Source: the human T2T-CHM13v2.0 reference genome, Homo sapiens. From it: a DNA stretch of 64,000 nt. The notes beneath the pieces are model-generated. The model was not told the DNA's origin. It was given only the letters and a program-made list of their open reading frames with translations, and did no database searches. Both the position numbers and the translations under genes were made by a program. Shown piece by piece: positions 1 to 13,030 of the stretch (the first letter of the stretch is position 1; each line of letters opens with the position of its first letter). The stretch covers positions 18,752,001 through 18,816,000 of the forward strand of contig CP068257.2 in the NCBI GenBank assembly GCA_009914755.4, in the 5' to 3' direction.

Positions 1-225
1 GGAAAAAAAATACCTGGCAAAAAATGATAGGTGATAAAAATTCTCACATTCACAGGGAAATTAACCTGTTTGGCATTTTTCCTATATGGTGAGTTAGCAG
101 CATTGAAGTTAAAATAAATTAGATATGTAAGCCCAGGAGAAGTTTTAGATGAAATGTTAATTGAAGTTAATCATGGCATTCACATATATGATGTATACTC
201 TTTAGGTTTAATGACTTTTTTTTCC

Positions 226-285
226 AGGCAATTCTCCTGCCTAAGCATCCCAAGAAGCTGGGATTACAGGTGCCTGCCACAGTGT
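226..285 (-). mobile_element. Short Alu fragment in antisense orientation (about 55 bp).
   Basis: The motif caattctcctgcctaagcatcccaagaagctgggattacaggtgcctgccac matches the antisense Alu right-arm core. Confidence 0.55.
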
Positions 286-289
286 GTTC

Positions 290-1845
290 CTAATTTCTTT
301 TTTTTTTTTTTATACTTCTGGGATACATTTATCTGGGATACATGTATCTGGGATACATTCTGGGATACAGAACGTGCAGGCTTGTTACATAGGTATACAC
401 GTGCCGTGGTGGTTTGCTGCACCTGTCAACCCATCATCTTCATTAGGTATTTCTCCTAATGCAATCTCTCCCCTAGCCCCCCACCCCCCAACAGGCCCCA
501 GTCAGTGATGTTCCCCTCCCTGTGTCCATGTGTTCTCATTGTTCAACTCCTAAGTATGAGTGAGAACATGCAGAGTTTGCTTTTCTGTTCCTGTGTTAGT
601 TTGCTGAGAATGGTGGTTTCCAGCTTCATCCATGTCCCTGCAAAGGACATGAACTCATCCTTTTTTATGGGTGCTTAGTATTCCATGGTGTATATGTGCC
701 ACATTTTCTTTATCTAGTCTAACATTGATGGGCATTTGGGTTGGTTCCAAGTTTTTGCTATTGTGAATAGTGCTGCAATAAACATTCGTGTCTTTACAGC
801 ATGTGTCTTTATAGTAGAATGATATCTAATCTTTTGGTTATATACCCAGTAATGGGATTGCTGGGTCAAATGGTATTTCTGGTTGTAGATCCTTGAGGAA
901 TCGCCACACTCTTCCACAATGGTTGATCTAATTTACACTCCCACCAACAGTGTAAAAGCATTCCTATTTCTCCACATCCTCTCCAGCATCTGTTGTTTCC
1001 TGATTTTTTGATGATTGCCATTCTAACAAGTGTGAGATGGTATCTCATTGTGGATTTGATTGGCATTTCTCTAATGACCAGTGATGATGAGCTTTTTTTC
1101 ATATGTTTGTTGGCCACATAAATGTCTTCTTTTGAGAAGTGTCTGTTCATATCCTTTGCCCACTTTTTGATGGGGTTGTTTTTCTTCTTGTAAATTTGTT
1201 TAAGTTCCTTGTAGATTCTGGATATTAGCCCTTTGTCAGATGGATAGATTGCAAAAATTTTCTCCTATTCTGTAGGTTGCCTGTTCACTCTGATGATAGT
1301 TTCTTTTGCTATGCAGAAGCTCTTTAGTTTAATCAGATCCCATTTGTCAATTTTTGCTTTTGTTGCAATTGCTATTGGTGTTTTAGTCATGAAGACTTTG
1401 CTCATGCCTATGTCCTGAATGGTATTGCCTAGATTTTCTTCTAGGGTTTTTATGGTTTTAGGTCTTACATTTAACTCTTTAGTCCATCTTGAGTTAATTT
1501 TTGTTTAAGGGGTAAGGAAGGGGTCCAGTTTCAGTTTTTTGTGTATGGCTAGCCAGTTTTCCCAGCACCATTTGTTAAATAGGGAATGCTTTCCCCATTG
1601 CTTGTTTTTGTCAGGTTTTTCAAAGATCAGATATTTGTAGATGTTGTGTGTTATTTCTGAGGTCTCTGTTCTGTTCCATTGGTCTATATATGTTTTGGTA
1701 CCAGTACCATGCTGTTGTGGTTACTGTAGCCTTGTAGTATAGTTTGAAGTCAGGTAGCGTGATGCCTCCAGCTTTGTTCTTTTTGCTTAGGATTGTCTTG
1801 ACTATACGGGCTCTTTTTTGGTTCCATATGAAATTTAAAGTAATC
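290..1845 (-). mobile_element. LINE-1 3' fragment, antisense (end of ORF2 plus 3'UTR and poly-A tail), L1PA-like.
   Basis: A poly-T run at 296-312 is followed by the antisense L1 3'UTR (acgtgcaggcttgttacataggtatacacgtgccgtggtggtttgctgcacc ... ccccccaccccccaacaggccccagt) and antisense ORF2 C-terminus. Minus-strand ORFs 714-917, 866-1150 and 1620-1847 translate to ORF2-like peptides (for example ...[15 protein letters not shown]..., ...[19 protein letters not shown]...). The element is 5'-truncated near 1845. Confidence 0.9.
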
Positions 1846-2366
1846 ACTTCCTCTTTAACACCCCAACTACAGAATACTTAAACATGTTTAACAGCATTTA
1901 GCACATTCTGCTTTCTATTAAAGCAATCTAGGTGGTAAAGTCTAGTCAATAAAAGGCCACAGGGACGAACCTGTAATCTCACAAACCAGGAGTATCTTTG
2001 TAGGATTTGGCTTTCCATGGGATGATTTTGAGAAAGGTTTAAGAAAATATCAGTTTTGGATGATTCACTTTTTCTCAGACAGGATTAGAATTGGGGATTA
2101 ATTTGGCATTGGGTGCCTGCATAAAGTGAGGATGGTGTAGTAATTGGGTATCTCCAGTTATAAACACAAAAAGCATGATAGAGCTGGGAATGTGATTGCA
2201 GGAAAGCAATAGTCACTCCAAAAGGAGATCCTCATGATATGAATACGGAAGAAACAATATTTCCTGCTAATGTAGTAGCCACTGTGTTCTTTTATTATTA
2301 TTATTCTATATTTATTTTTAAATTTTCATTGTTAGTGTTTTTTTAATAATTAGAGTCTTATTTCTC

Positions 2367-3180
2367 TTTTTTTTTTTTTACTTTAAGTTCCGGGATACAT
2401 GTACAGAATGTGTAGGTTTTTTACATAGGTATACACGTACCATGGTGGTTTGCTGCATCTATAAACCCATTATCTAGGTTTTAAGCCCTGCATGCATTAG
2501 GTATTGGTACTAATGCTCTCCCTCCCCTGGCCCCTCACCCCCCGACAGGCCCGCAGTGTGTGTTGTTTCCCTCCCTGTGTCCATGCGTTTTCATTGTTCA
2601 ACTCCAATCATGAGTGCAAACATGTAGTGTTTGGTTGTCTGTCCCTGTGTTAGTTTGGTGAGAATCGTGGCTTCTAGCTTCATCCATATCCCTGCAAAGG
2701 ACATAAACTCATTCTTTTTTATGTTTGTATAGTATTCCATGGTGTATATATGCCACATTTTTTTAATCCAGTCTATCATTGATGGGCATTTGGTTTGGTT
2801 TGAAGTCTTTGCTATTGTAAATAGTGCTGCAATAAACATATGTGTGCATGTGTCTTTATAGTAGAATGATTTATAATCCTTTGGTTATATACCTGGTGAT
2901 GGGATTGCTGAATCAAATGGTATTTCTGGTTCTAGATCCTTGAGGAATCGCTACACTGTCTTCCGCAATGGTTGAACTAATTTACACTCCCACCAACAGC
3001 GTAAAAGCATTCCTATTTCTCCACAGCCTCATCAGAATCTATTGTTTCCTGACTTTATAATAATCACCATTCTGAGTGGCATGAGATGGCTTCTTATTGT
3101 AGCTGTTGTTTTCTATGCCTGTCCACCCCATCTCCCCTCTAGCCTGATTAATGAGAGAGCTTTTTGTCTTTTTCAGTCCA
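2367..3180 (-). mobile_element. Second, independent LINE-1 3' fragment, antisense, from an older subfamily.
   Basis: It has its own poly-T at 2367-2380, followed by antisense L1 3'UTR and ORF2 C-terminal sequence (gggatacatgtacagaatgtgtaggttttttacataggtatacacgtaccatggtggtttgctgcatc ... cacagcctcatcagaatctattgtttcctgac). The match becomes more divergent after about 3060, so the 5' boundary is uncertain. Confidence 0.8.
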
Positions 3181-4322
3181 AGCTTATTTTTATTTTCATT
3201 TTCAAACAGTGTTTAGCAATGTTCCATGTGCGTACTATTGGCCCTATTACTTGTGTATAGGAATACTGTTTGTTCAACTTTTTCAGGGGAAATGATATAA
3301 CCAATTGGTCAAAAGGCAGTTCTATAATTACATGGGTTCCAGTCCAGGTTCCTCTAATTTGCAATTTTTTGAATAATTTACTTCCCTGCGCTATCCACTC
3401 AGAAAGAAAATGAGAATAATAATACAATAGCTCATAATCTTGTATTGAATAATGGAAGTAATAATTTATAAATTGTGTTGCATAGCGATTAGCCCTTACA
3501 AGCCTTCAAAAAACATCACATGATATTTCATTATTCCTATATAGTTCCTACTACAAAGACCTATACATAACACTTATAATCACAGGAAAATAAAAGAGAA
3601 AAATATACCCTGTTATCAAAACTCTAAGACTATTACTATTTTATTGTGATATACTTACTTTCAGGTATATAATCAGGGATCATTTCCCATTTATTGCTTA
3701 TAAAATCCAGTTACAAACATATATTTTAAAAATATTTTTAAATGTTTTACTATTTGTCATAATTTCTTTAGGGGTGATTTTCTGAAGGAGAATGGTTATT
3801 TGAAATAATGTGTCTATATGATTAAATTACATAAAAACGTATTATTGGAAATTAAGTGTTTCTTGTTTGTTTTTGATGAACACAGTCGAAATTTGTGAGG
3901 GAAAGTAAAAACACTAAGAAAAAAATGTAATAGAAATTGATCCTTTTCTTCAACGTGATTACCTAAATAATTTATCCTTTAGGATACCCCCAGTATATAT
4001 AAATGTACTTCTTGCACTTGAACTGTGCCAGAAATACTTATTGCTATATAGGAAGTGCTCAAGATCATTGAATTAAGCAATTGAAAAAAATTGTACCACC
4101 CTGTTTGTTCAAAAGCAGTGAAATTTAACAGACTCACGAGACCAAGGGCTGTGGCACAGAGAGACATTTAAGTCATAGATGATCTTCAAGAAGTTCAGAA
4201 TCTTGTAAATAAACTAAAATTTATCATGTAGTTTTATCATCCAGGAATATTTCCAAACCGTTCAAATGGCTGAAATTGTATCTTCAAAGAAAGGCAGAGA
4301 GTGAGAAGGTTGGCGGGGGTGG

Positions 4323-4372
4323 GGGCGGCGAGAGAGAGAGATAGAGAGAGAGAGACAGAGAGAAATAAGGAG
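4323..4372. repeat. Imperfect (GA)n microsatellite preceded by a G-run.
   Basis: The sequence reads ggcgagagagagagatagagagagagagacagagag. Confidence 0.9.
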
Positions 4373-6059
4373 GAAGAAAGAAGGGAAAAGTGCATGATCA
4401 CCCTGGCAGAAACTTAGTAGGGGTGTACTCATTTGTGAAAATTGACATTTTCAAACATGTCCTACTTGTGAATCATACATTTTACCTGATTCATTAACTC
4501 CATGTTACAGCAGCAGATATCCTGAGAGATGGAGATTTAGCCCTCTCTTACATTCTTGCATCACAAGGAACTATTAGGTTGGTACAAAAGTAACTGTGGT
4601 TTTTGCCATTATAATATAAAGAAAAAGCTGGAACATCCTTGCCACCTATCACTATTGTTCGGATATTTCAAAGGGGCAGTTTTTTATTCTTGAAGGTAAA
4701 AGTTATTTATCAAGTAATTTGATAAATTATCTAGAAGAGATATGGAAAACAAAAATAAATAGAATCAAATATACTTGGAAAACACACAACACTGTCTTGT
4801 TTTTACATACATTAAATACATTATTTTTATACACATTAAAATAATTTTGTTTTTTAAGTGAAGGAATACTTCAGTTCAAGAGTTCTGAAGCAAGGCTGCC
4901 TGGGTTTGAATGCCTACAACCATGTCTACTATGTTTTATCAAATTGAATACATTAGTTTTTAATGGGCATCATTACTCTACATACTATTGCCCACCCACC
5001 TGCAAATGACTTGTAGGATTACAATTATTTCAAGATGTATATTGAGTTCAGAGATGTAGTGATTTGGAAAAAAAATGTGCATATTACAGTTAATGAAATA
5101 TGGCAGTAGCAGAATGGGCAAATCACGTCATCTACATAAATCTGAGCTTTTTTATTTTCAAAAAAGGGTGACAATAAAAGTACCCACCTATTTAAACTGT
5201 TTTGATGATTAAATAATAAAGTTCACGTAAAGCACTTAGAAAATTGCAAGGCACACATTAAATTTATTAGCTGGAATAAAAGCCTAAACCATTATGACTT
5301 TTTTTTTTTTTTAAAAAGCAATATTTTAACTAAAAAAAAAGAAACAAAGAAGCATATCTTTTTCATATAATGGTTTTCCTGGGAGGCAGTAGCAAACATC
5401 TGGGATAATATGCGTTCTGCACAGTGGTGACTGGAGTCCAGTTCCATCAAGTGAGGAACCAGAAAGACAGTATATGGAAGAGGTCACAGTCTTACAGAGT
5501 CAGACCTCAAAGTAGCTCATTGCCATTCACTTTCCCAAGGGATAATTTAATTTTATTTGTCTATGTCTACTTCTAAGGTGGGCTGAGAAATGAATTCTCT
5601 AGCCAGAAAGCCACATGCCTAGGAGCAACCCTATTCCTAGGTAAAAACAGGAGAATGGATTTAGTGGAGAGCTAAAAAATTCTGCCACAGTACAAGTATA
5701 CAGTCAATAAATATCAGCTATTGTTATTACTTCTAGCTACAATCAAAAAGATTGATGAAATGAGAAAATGCTGCATTCATTTAATAAAATTATAACGTAT
5801 GAAAGGATTGTTCCTACCTAAAACATAAGATATCAAAATTTCATGTGTGACATTTTAAGTATATTGTGTTTTTAGTATTTTATCGACACATCATCTTTTA
5901 ATGAAGACACAAGTGTAACTAGATCTCATTTTTTACCACTTGGTGATAAGAACAAGGCATATTTCCACTGCATTATTTGGTCATTTTCATAGTCATCTAG
6001 AAACGGGCAGCTATGCCTCTTAGATTTTCTATACATTATTTGGAAATACATTAGAAAAT

Positions 6060-6960
6060 GTTCAATGATACTGGTGCAGGATTTTTCTCGACCTCTTTGC
6101 CGTACTCCCAACAGGGGCTCTCCGTCTACTTGACCCACTGCGCTCAGCCCCTTGTGGGAAGGAGCAGGTGAACGAGTGAGTGGGGGATCTGGCCAGCTGC
6201 TCTAGGCACTGACACAGGAGCATGCTCCATGAGGGGCCCATGGCCAGACCAGGTGTGTCATCTGAAGGGGAATGTGACGGAATCCAGGTGAGGGTGCCCA
6301 CGACCCCAAAACCCCACAGTGGGTGTTACAGTACTCTTTTAGTTCTGCCACCGCAGTCTGATGGACGGTGGTGTGTTAGCAGCTCAGCTGGCCCTTTGCC
6401 TCGTTGCATGGGGCAGCTGCCTTCCACTGGCAAGGGCAAAGGGCCAATGTGACAGCCTTTTTGGATACCCATACTCAGTGAGTCCCAAGCTCTTGACCAA
6501 CATACAAGAAGAATGAGCTCACAGGGGCAATTTAAGGATGGTGAAGGTGTTTAATTTCATTGAGTGATGAAAAGGGCTTTCAGTGCAGAGGGGAGTTGGA
6601 GAGGGAGTGGGAAGGGCAGGTTATCTTCTCCAAAGTCAGGGTGTCTCTTCCATGAAGTCGGGCTTTCTCCCTCTCTACTGACTGAGTCTGGGGTCTTTAT
6701 AGGCACAGGGAGGGGAGTGCGTGCTGATTGGTTTGTGAGTATGCAAAAAATGTTAACTTGATGACACCACTCAAAGGTGGGCACAACACTGTAGAAAAAA
6801 CAATTAGGAAATGGTGGGGATATGTAAAACAGGTGGAAGGTGGGGATCAATCCGAGGAAAGCATGCCACACGGGAGTACACGTTTTCAATCCAGTCTGAG
6901 GAGGTCTGAGGATTTAACTTGTAGTTTGGGTGTCAGGCTTTAAACTGTCTTCAGCTTGGA
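6060..6960. other. Block with noticeably higher GC than its AT-rich flanks; possibly an ERV/LTR-derived fragment, family unassigned.
   Basis: The composition shift is visible by eye and the block contains several CpGs (cgacc, ccgtac, gcgctc, cgagtg, gacggaatcc). I cannot align it to any remembered consensus. Overlapping six-frame ORFs of 60-110 aa lie on both strands with no recognisable protein similarity. Confidence 0.25.
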
Positions 6961-7539
6961 GGTGGGATTTCACTGGGTACCCGCCCCTATCTGCCTAGGC
7001 ATTTGGCTGCCTTCTGTTGTTATCAGTATTTTCTTGTAGTTAAAGCTTATTTTACCTATGCATTTTATATAAATAGTATGGTCACAGTAATTCTGTAATA
7101 ATGGAATCAAAATCTATTTATTTCAACAACAACAAAAAAACATCACCATGCTGCATATAGAGGACAGTTTCTGTCTTTTATACCTCATGGGAAACATGGA
7201 GTAGTTGCTTCACCATGTTTCTGTAAAATAATCTTTAAAATGCTTGAAGAATTCATTCCTTTGAATGCAGGAGCTTAGCAAGAAAGCCTTTTTTTCTAAT
7301 CCTCTCTGTTTCTCTGCATTTGGTTTACACTTTTATTAATCTGTGGTACCTGACACTTAATTGAATCTCTACCTTTCCATTTGGCTGAGCTTTAGACCCA
7401 CTGCCAATCTTGAGTAATTATTTTTCTATACATCAGCTGTTCCGATTCACAAGCAGGCTCTTCTTATGAAGTCTGTCAACCTTGAGAAATTGTTTTGAAT
7501 AAAGCAATTCTTTATTCCTACCAATATTCCTTATTTCTA

Positions 7540-8050
7540 TCCAATATTATACTGATCTGTAGAAAAATGTGCCTTCAACTTATATTCTGCTGGTGCTTTA
7601 ATTCAGTTCAAACAATATTGTTGTTAAACAATATTTTCACATGAACAATTGTTTTTACTATTCCTCTTTTTGAAGTCAATCCATCATTAAACATTGTTTA
7701 TGCTTAAGTGAATAATTTACTAGATTAAACTCATCTACCTAAGTTGAAATACTATGAACAAAAGATACATATTAAATATTAACTTTTAAACAATTTTTGA
7801 TTCAAATCTATTTGGCTTTGAAATTGCTGAAATACTCTGCCTATTGTTGGAACACTATGTAATCTTCATCCAATGAATGTTTTATTTCTTAAGATTTTAA
7901 TGAAAATCTCCACATATATATATATATATATATATATAAACCTAAAATTTTAAAAGTCAGTTTTCTGAATAAACTAGAATGATTTTGTAATTGAGCTTAT
8001 TCTGCAACTGGCAGTTCAATCCAGAATCTGTGCAGGAATTAAGGTCAATG
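7540..8050 (+). repeat. Copy 1 of a roughly 510 bp local direct duplication; partner at 9640-10150.
   Basis: Long collinear matches link the two copies (gatctgtagaaaaatgtgccttcaacttatattctgctgg..., ...tctgaataaactagaatgattttgtaattgagcttattctgcaa...). Identity is about 88-90% by eye. Only copy 1 carries the (TA)n at 7915-7939. Confidence 0.85.
7915..7939. repeat. (TA)n microsatellite.
   Basis: The sequence reads acatatatatatatatatatatatataaacc. Confidence 0.95.
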
Positions 8051-9639
8051 TGAATCTTTCAATTTCTTTAGTTACTTTGTGTATTAAACCAGATACACAA
8101 AACGTAAAATACTATTGGCCATAAAGAGGGATGTTAAATAACGTATATTTCTTAAAAAAGAAAAACAACACTGGCACTGGTGTCTTGATAATTCTCCCTC
8201 TTTTTCTGACTCTTTCTAAAAATACAAGACATGTTAAGCATATTCTGAATTCCTCAACACAGTGTATGAGACCACAACCCTCAAATGGTAGGATCAAGCC
8301 TGATAAAGCATTCTCTGCACTAAGTACTAAACAATTTGTTTAAGATGTAGCTCATTTCTCACAGCTCATTAGCTCACTGAATGATTTTGTCCAAATTATG
8401 AAGGCAAAGTGGGTTTATATTCCTAGGGTGCATCTATTCTTCTTCTAGTCATGTAATTTCCACCTTTATCACTTGGTCTCAGAGCAAAGAGCCTTTTCAC
8501 TAATGAAAGTATTTTGAAGCATTGCTAAAGAAAGACATAATGAGGATATATACTGAGTCAGTTAAAGAAATAGAGGAGACTTAAGAACCTGCATACTGAG
8601 AAAAAGACTTACACAAACACTTAACCCAAGAGCTCTCTCTGGGCTTCACGGTTTTGCTACTTTATTTAGAAAAGATAATGTGAATAGACAAAGAATTACG
8701 CCAGGGTTTAAGTTCATCTTGTAGCAAAGGAGCATCCACGTGTTTCTGTGGTTCGAAATTACAAAGCTATTTTTATATGGTTTCGTTAGACTGCTGTGTG
8801 TAGAATCAATTTACAGCAGGGACCTAAAAGCAAGGCATTTAAATGATTCTTTGAGAATGATTCCTGTACCATGTAGTTTGGGGAGGTGGCTATTAATGAT
8901 AAAGAGAAATGGAGAGAAGTAACAAAACAAGTATATAAAGATATAGATTTTTATAAATAGAATTATTCAAGCTAAGTCTTATGAAACTTTTCACCCTCTT
9001 GAAAAGCACATGTATATGTGAAAATATAAAATTATTCCAGTTTGTGTTGTGTACATTTACAAAATAAATTCCGCATAACTTCATTTATATATATGCATAT
9101 AAGTTAAATATGTACTTGGAAGAAAATGTAAAAAAAAGAAAATATGTAAGTAGAATTTACTGAAGGTCAAATCAAAATAAAATCAACATATTACCCAACT
9201 GTAATGTGAAGGGTAGAAATTGAAGGACTACTTTAAAATGAAACATCTAATAGATCAAAAAACAAAGGCAATTTGCTGAAAGTTCCAAAATACATCAAAA
9301 ATAGTGAAAACACTTGTTGTATATATAGGAAAACTACTGACTATGGGTATTTTTTAATGGTAATTCCTAATTCTTCAAGGATATGACAAACCTAATTTGG
9401 AACATCAATGTGTAATATGATTGTACATGAAGTGAAAACACAGCTAAAAAATGAACAAATTAAACATCAGAAAATTGCCCCCAAAGAATAAGTCACATAA
9501 GTTATTTAATTTGTGTTGCATGAACTTATATTTTTACATAATAATATGAATGGAATAAAACATATAGTATATATTTTTTTTCTAAATGGGATCGAATAAC
9601 TGCCTTGGTAGGAACACTCTACATTCGAATATTAATTAC

Positions 9640-10150
9640 AATATTAAATTGATCTGTTGAAAAATGTGCCCTCAACTTATATTCTGCTGGGTCTTTAATT
9701 CAGTTCAAACAATATCGTTGCCAAACAATATTTTCTCATGAACAATTGTTTTTACTATTCCTCCTTTTGAAGTCAATCCATCATTAAACATTGTTTATGG
9801 TTAAGTGAATAATTTACTAGATTAAACTCATCCACCTAAGTTGAAATACTATGTTCTCAAAGAGAACAAAAGGTACATATTAAATACTATTTAAAAAAAA
9901 TTTTTGATTAAAATCTATTTGGCTTTGAAATTGCTGAAGCACTCTTGCTTATTGTAGGAACACTACTTATAATCTTCATGCAAGGAATTTTTTATTTCTT
10001 TAGATTTAAAACCAAATCGCCACCCATACATATGAAATTAATCTAAAATTTTGAAAGCCATTTTTCTGAATAAACTAGAATGATTTTGTAATTGAGCTTA
10101 CTCTGCAAATGGCAATTCAGTCCGGAATTTGTGCAGGAATTAAGGTCAAT
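9640..10150 (+). repeat. Copy 2 of the roughly 510 bp local direct duplication; partner at 7540-8050.
   Basis: See copy 1. The two copies are 2.1 kb apart in the same orientation. Confidence 0.85.
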
Positions 10151-12559
10151 ATTTCTTTGACACTTTAATTTCTGTACATTTTTGTTTTTACGACGTTTTT
10201 ATTTCCTCTGGTAAAATTAATAAAATTCATGCGTGGTTGAACACTTGTACTCTGTTGGACCAATTAATTTTGAACTTTAAAATATGAAATGAGCACCTTT
10301 TGTTGTACTGTGACTATATTTCTATAAAAATTCACTTACTTTTAATTATAAAATTTTAGGCTATGTAATTAATGCATAAGAAGTAGATTGTCAGTCAAGT
10401 TAGAAGTCAACTGTTCTCAAATATTCAAAAGAGAAATTTTGAAGAACTTTAATACTTTGCATTTATCTATACATCTACATCCTATGGTATATTGTATAAA
10501 TATTATTGGCTTGCAAATATAAAAAATATCTCTTTTGTTAAAAGAATAGTAAATAAATTAATTATGTCTAAAATACACATAGCCTGGTTTGAAATTCATC
10601 ATAAGTTTTGAAATGCATGATAGACTGTAATGCTTCCAAGGATACTGTAATCATTAATCATGTTCTCTACTTGCAGTGTTTATCTGAAAATATTTCTTAA
10701 ATCAATAGCTTGAAGAGACTATTTGATAGTGATTATTAGTCATATTTTATTTTATCAGACAAGCACTGTTTCAATTTAAAAGCATTTAGATAGCTCTTAC
10801 ATGCCTAAATCATTATGTACAGTCTTTACAATTTACATTATAAAGTCTCCTAAACTAGGTAATCATTATCATGATAGCAATATATAAGATTACAAGGAGC
10901 AGATGGCCTAACATCTTTCAGCTTTCATTGGAAATATTTTAGCAAAAATATGTAGTTAAAATTTCTCAGTTATAAGAGATTGGTTTTCCGAAAATTTATG
11001 TTAATATTGATAAAATTCAATATAAAATTTACTAATTTTATCATGAATAGTTTTCAGTAAATCACTTCATGATTTTCAGAAAACACAGAGTACCATTGTC
11101 TAAATTATTTTATATGACTTGAAGGTTTTTGTTTTGTTTTAATATAAACATTTAGAAGGTTTTCTCTCAGAAAAAAAAAAATCAATATATTCAGGGATAT
11201 TTAGGCATCCCAAATGCTACATATCAAAATCCAAGTAATAAAGTGGTGGAAAATTGTAAAAGGTTATTTTAACATTTTCTTATTTTGTGTAACACTCTTT
11301 TGACTAAGGACAGCTATAGAATGCAAAGTTAAGTGAAAGTAAAGATCAAATAACTAGCTCATTTTACTCAAGGGAAAAACAAATATATTATCTCACTATT
11401 GTGATCACGCAAGGATAGTTTCAGTCCCCAAGGATACCCTCCCAAGAGCTCATGTATTAGATAGCAATGTATTAAGATGACTATAAATGATAAACTTGAC
11501 ATTCTTTTAATGCTACTCCTACTGTAAAATTTTTTTAAAAAGTGTTTGACTAGATCCTTCCCTGCTGTCCCATTTTTTTATTGTTTTGGTTTTGTGTTTT
11601 GGATTTTTTTCTTCTACACTGCCAAGGTTGCAGTGAGACTGAAATAATTAATGGGGATGGTGAAAGTAGGTGGATACTTACGTGATAATGGAATACCCTT
11701 TTAATTGTTTCTGAAACAATAACTTCCTGTCTTAATGAACATAATTTTTAACTCAATAACAGTACAAAGACAACAAAATCTTAAGCTTCAGAATTCATGT
11801 AATATATTGAATATACAAATGTTGCAATGTCATTTTTGTAGTAGTACTTTCTACTACTCCATTCCCAATATTCAGATATCATGATGTTGAGATAACATGT
11901 AATGTATGTATGGGTGTCAGAAGCAGAGGTAGTGGTGACCTCATTGTGACCAAATTGTAGGCAATGTGTTCTCTCCTACATCTCTTTGCCGTGTCACAAA
12001 TATGCTAAGGTAACAGTATCAGGGAAGACGAGCATATTAAAAATCTTACATCTATTATTGGATTTCTAATATTATTAATTGACTCACAGCAAGTTGTGAT
12101 TCGTTTCCATTCATCCATATATTCTTTCACTTATCCATACATAATATTTATTATGCACTTTTTCTTTGTCTGCCATTGCACCCTGGGAGTAAAAAGGTGA
12201 ACAAAAAAAAAAACAGTACTTGCCTTCATAGAGCTGACAATTTAGGGAGGAGACAAAAATACGCTCAATAATGCTCAAAATAAATATGTAACCAAAAAAT
12301 GGAAAAGTAAAAATGAGCAATGCTAAGAAATGGTGGAAGAACAGTATTTAACCTAGTATGAGGAAGAAAAGAAAGTTCTCTCCAATGAAACCTATAAAAC
12401 GATCATGAAGAATGAATAGATTAAAAAAGTGAAAGCACATTTAGATAAAGACAATGCCAGACAGAGGTAAGATGGAGTGTGCTATGTTCGTGGAAATAAA
12501 TGCAAGCCAGGGAGGATGAAACAAAAAGAATAAAGAAAGAGTGGAGGGAGAGGAGGTTG

Positions 12560-13030
12560 GAGACAGTAGCTAAGTGCAGATCATCCTGGGCCATTCTAAT
12601 GGCAAGGACTGTGTCCGGAATTTATTCCTTCTGGTGGGTTCTTGGTCTCACTGACTTTAAGAATGAAGCCCCAGACCCTCGCGGTGAGTGAGTGTTATAG
12701 CTCTTAGGGACCCAAAGAGTAAGCAGCAATAAGATTTATTGTCAAGAGCGAAAGTACAAACGTACCACAATCTGGAAGGTAACCCAAGCGGATTGGCGGT
12801 GCTAGCTCCGGTGGCCAGCGTTTATTCCCTTATTTGGCCCCACCCACATCCTGCTGATTGGTCCATTTTACAGAGTGCTGATTGGTCCATTTTACAGAGT
12901 GCTGATTGGTGTGTTTTTACAGAGTGCTGATTGGTGCATTTACAACCCTTTAGCTAGACACAGAAGTTCTCCAAGTCCCCACCCTACCCAGAAGCCCAGT
13001 TGGCTTCACCTCTCAGGACTTTGGTACCAT
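12560..13030 (+). mobile_element. ERV9 LTR (LTR12-family) fragment carrying tandem CCAAT-box repeat units.
   Basis: The stretch tggtgggttcttggtctcactgactttaagaatgaagc ... cccaaagagtaagcagcaataagatttattgtcaagagcgaaag ... ttatttggccccacccacatcctgctgattggtcc is followed by three to four tandem units of ctgattggt(c/g)cattttacagagtg, ending ...ctttagctagacacagaagttctccaagtccccaccc. This matches my recollection of the LTR12 U3 repeat region, which carries ATTGG/CCAAT and CCACC motifs. The fragment is truncated and the homology is lost after about 13030. Confidence 0.55.

Noticed and set aside
290-3180. Whether the two antisense L1 3' ends are one element split by an insertion.
   Set aside because: Each has its own poly-A tail (poly-T at 296-312 and at 2367-2380), and their 3'UTRs differ at many positions (older versus younger subfamily). 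They are independent insertions in the same orientation.
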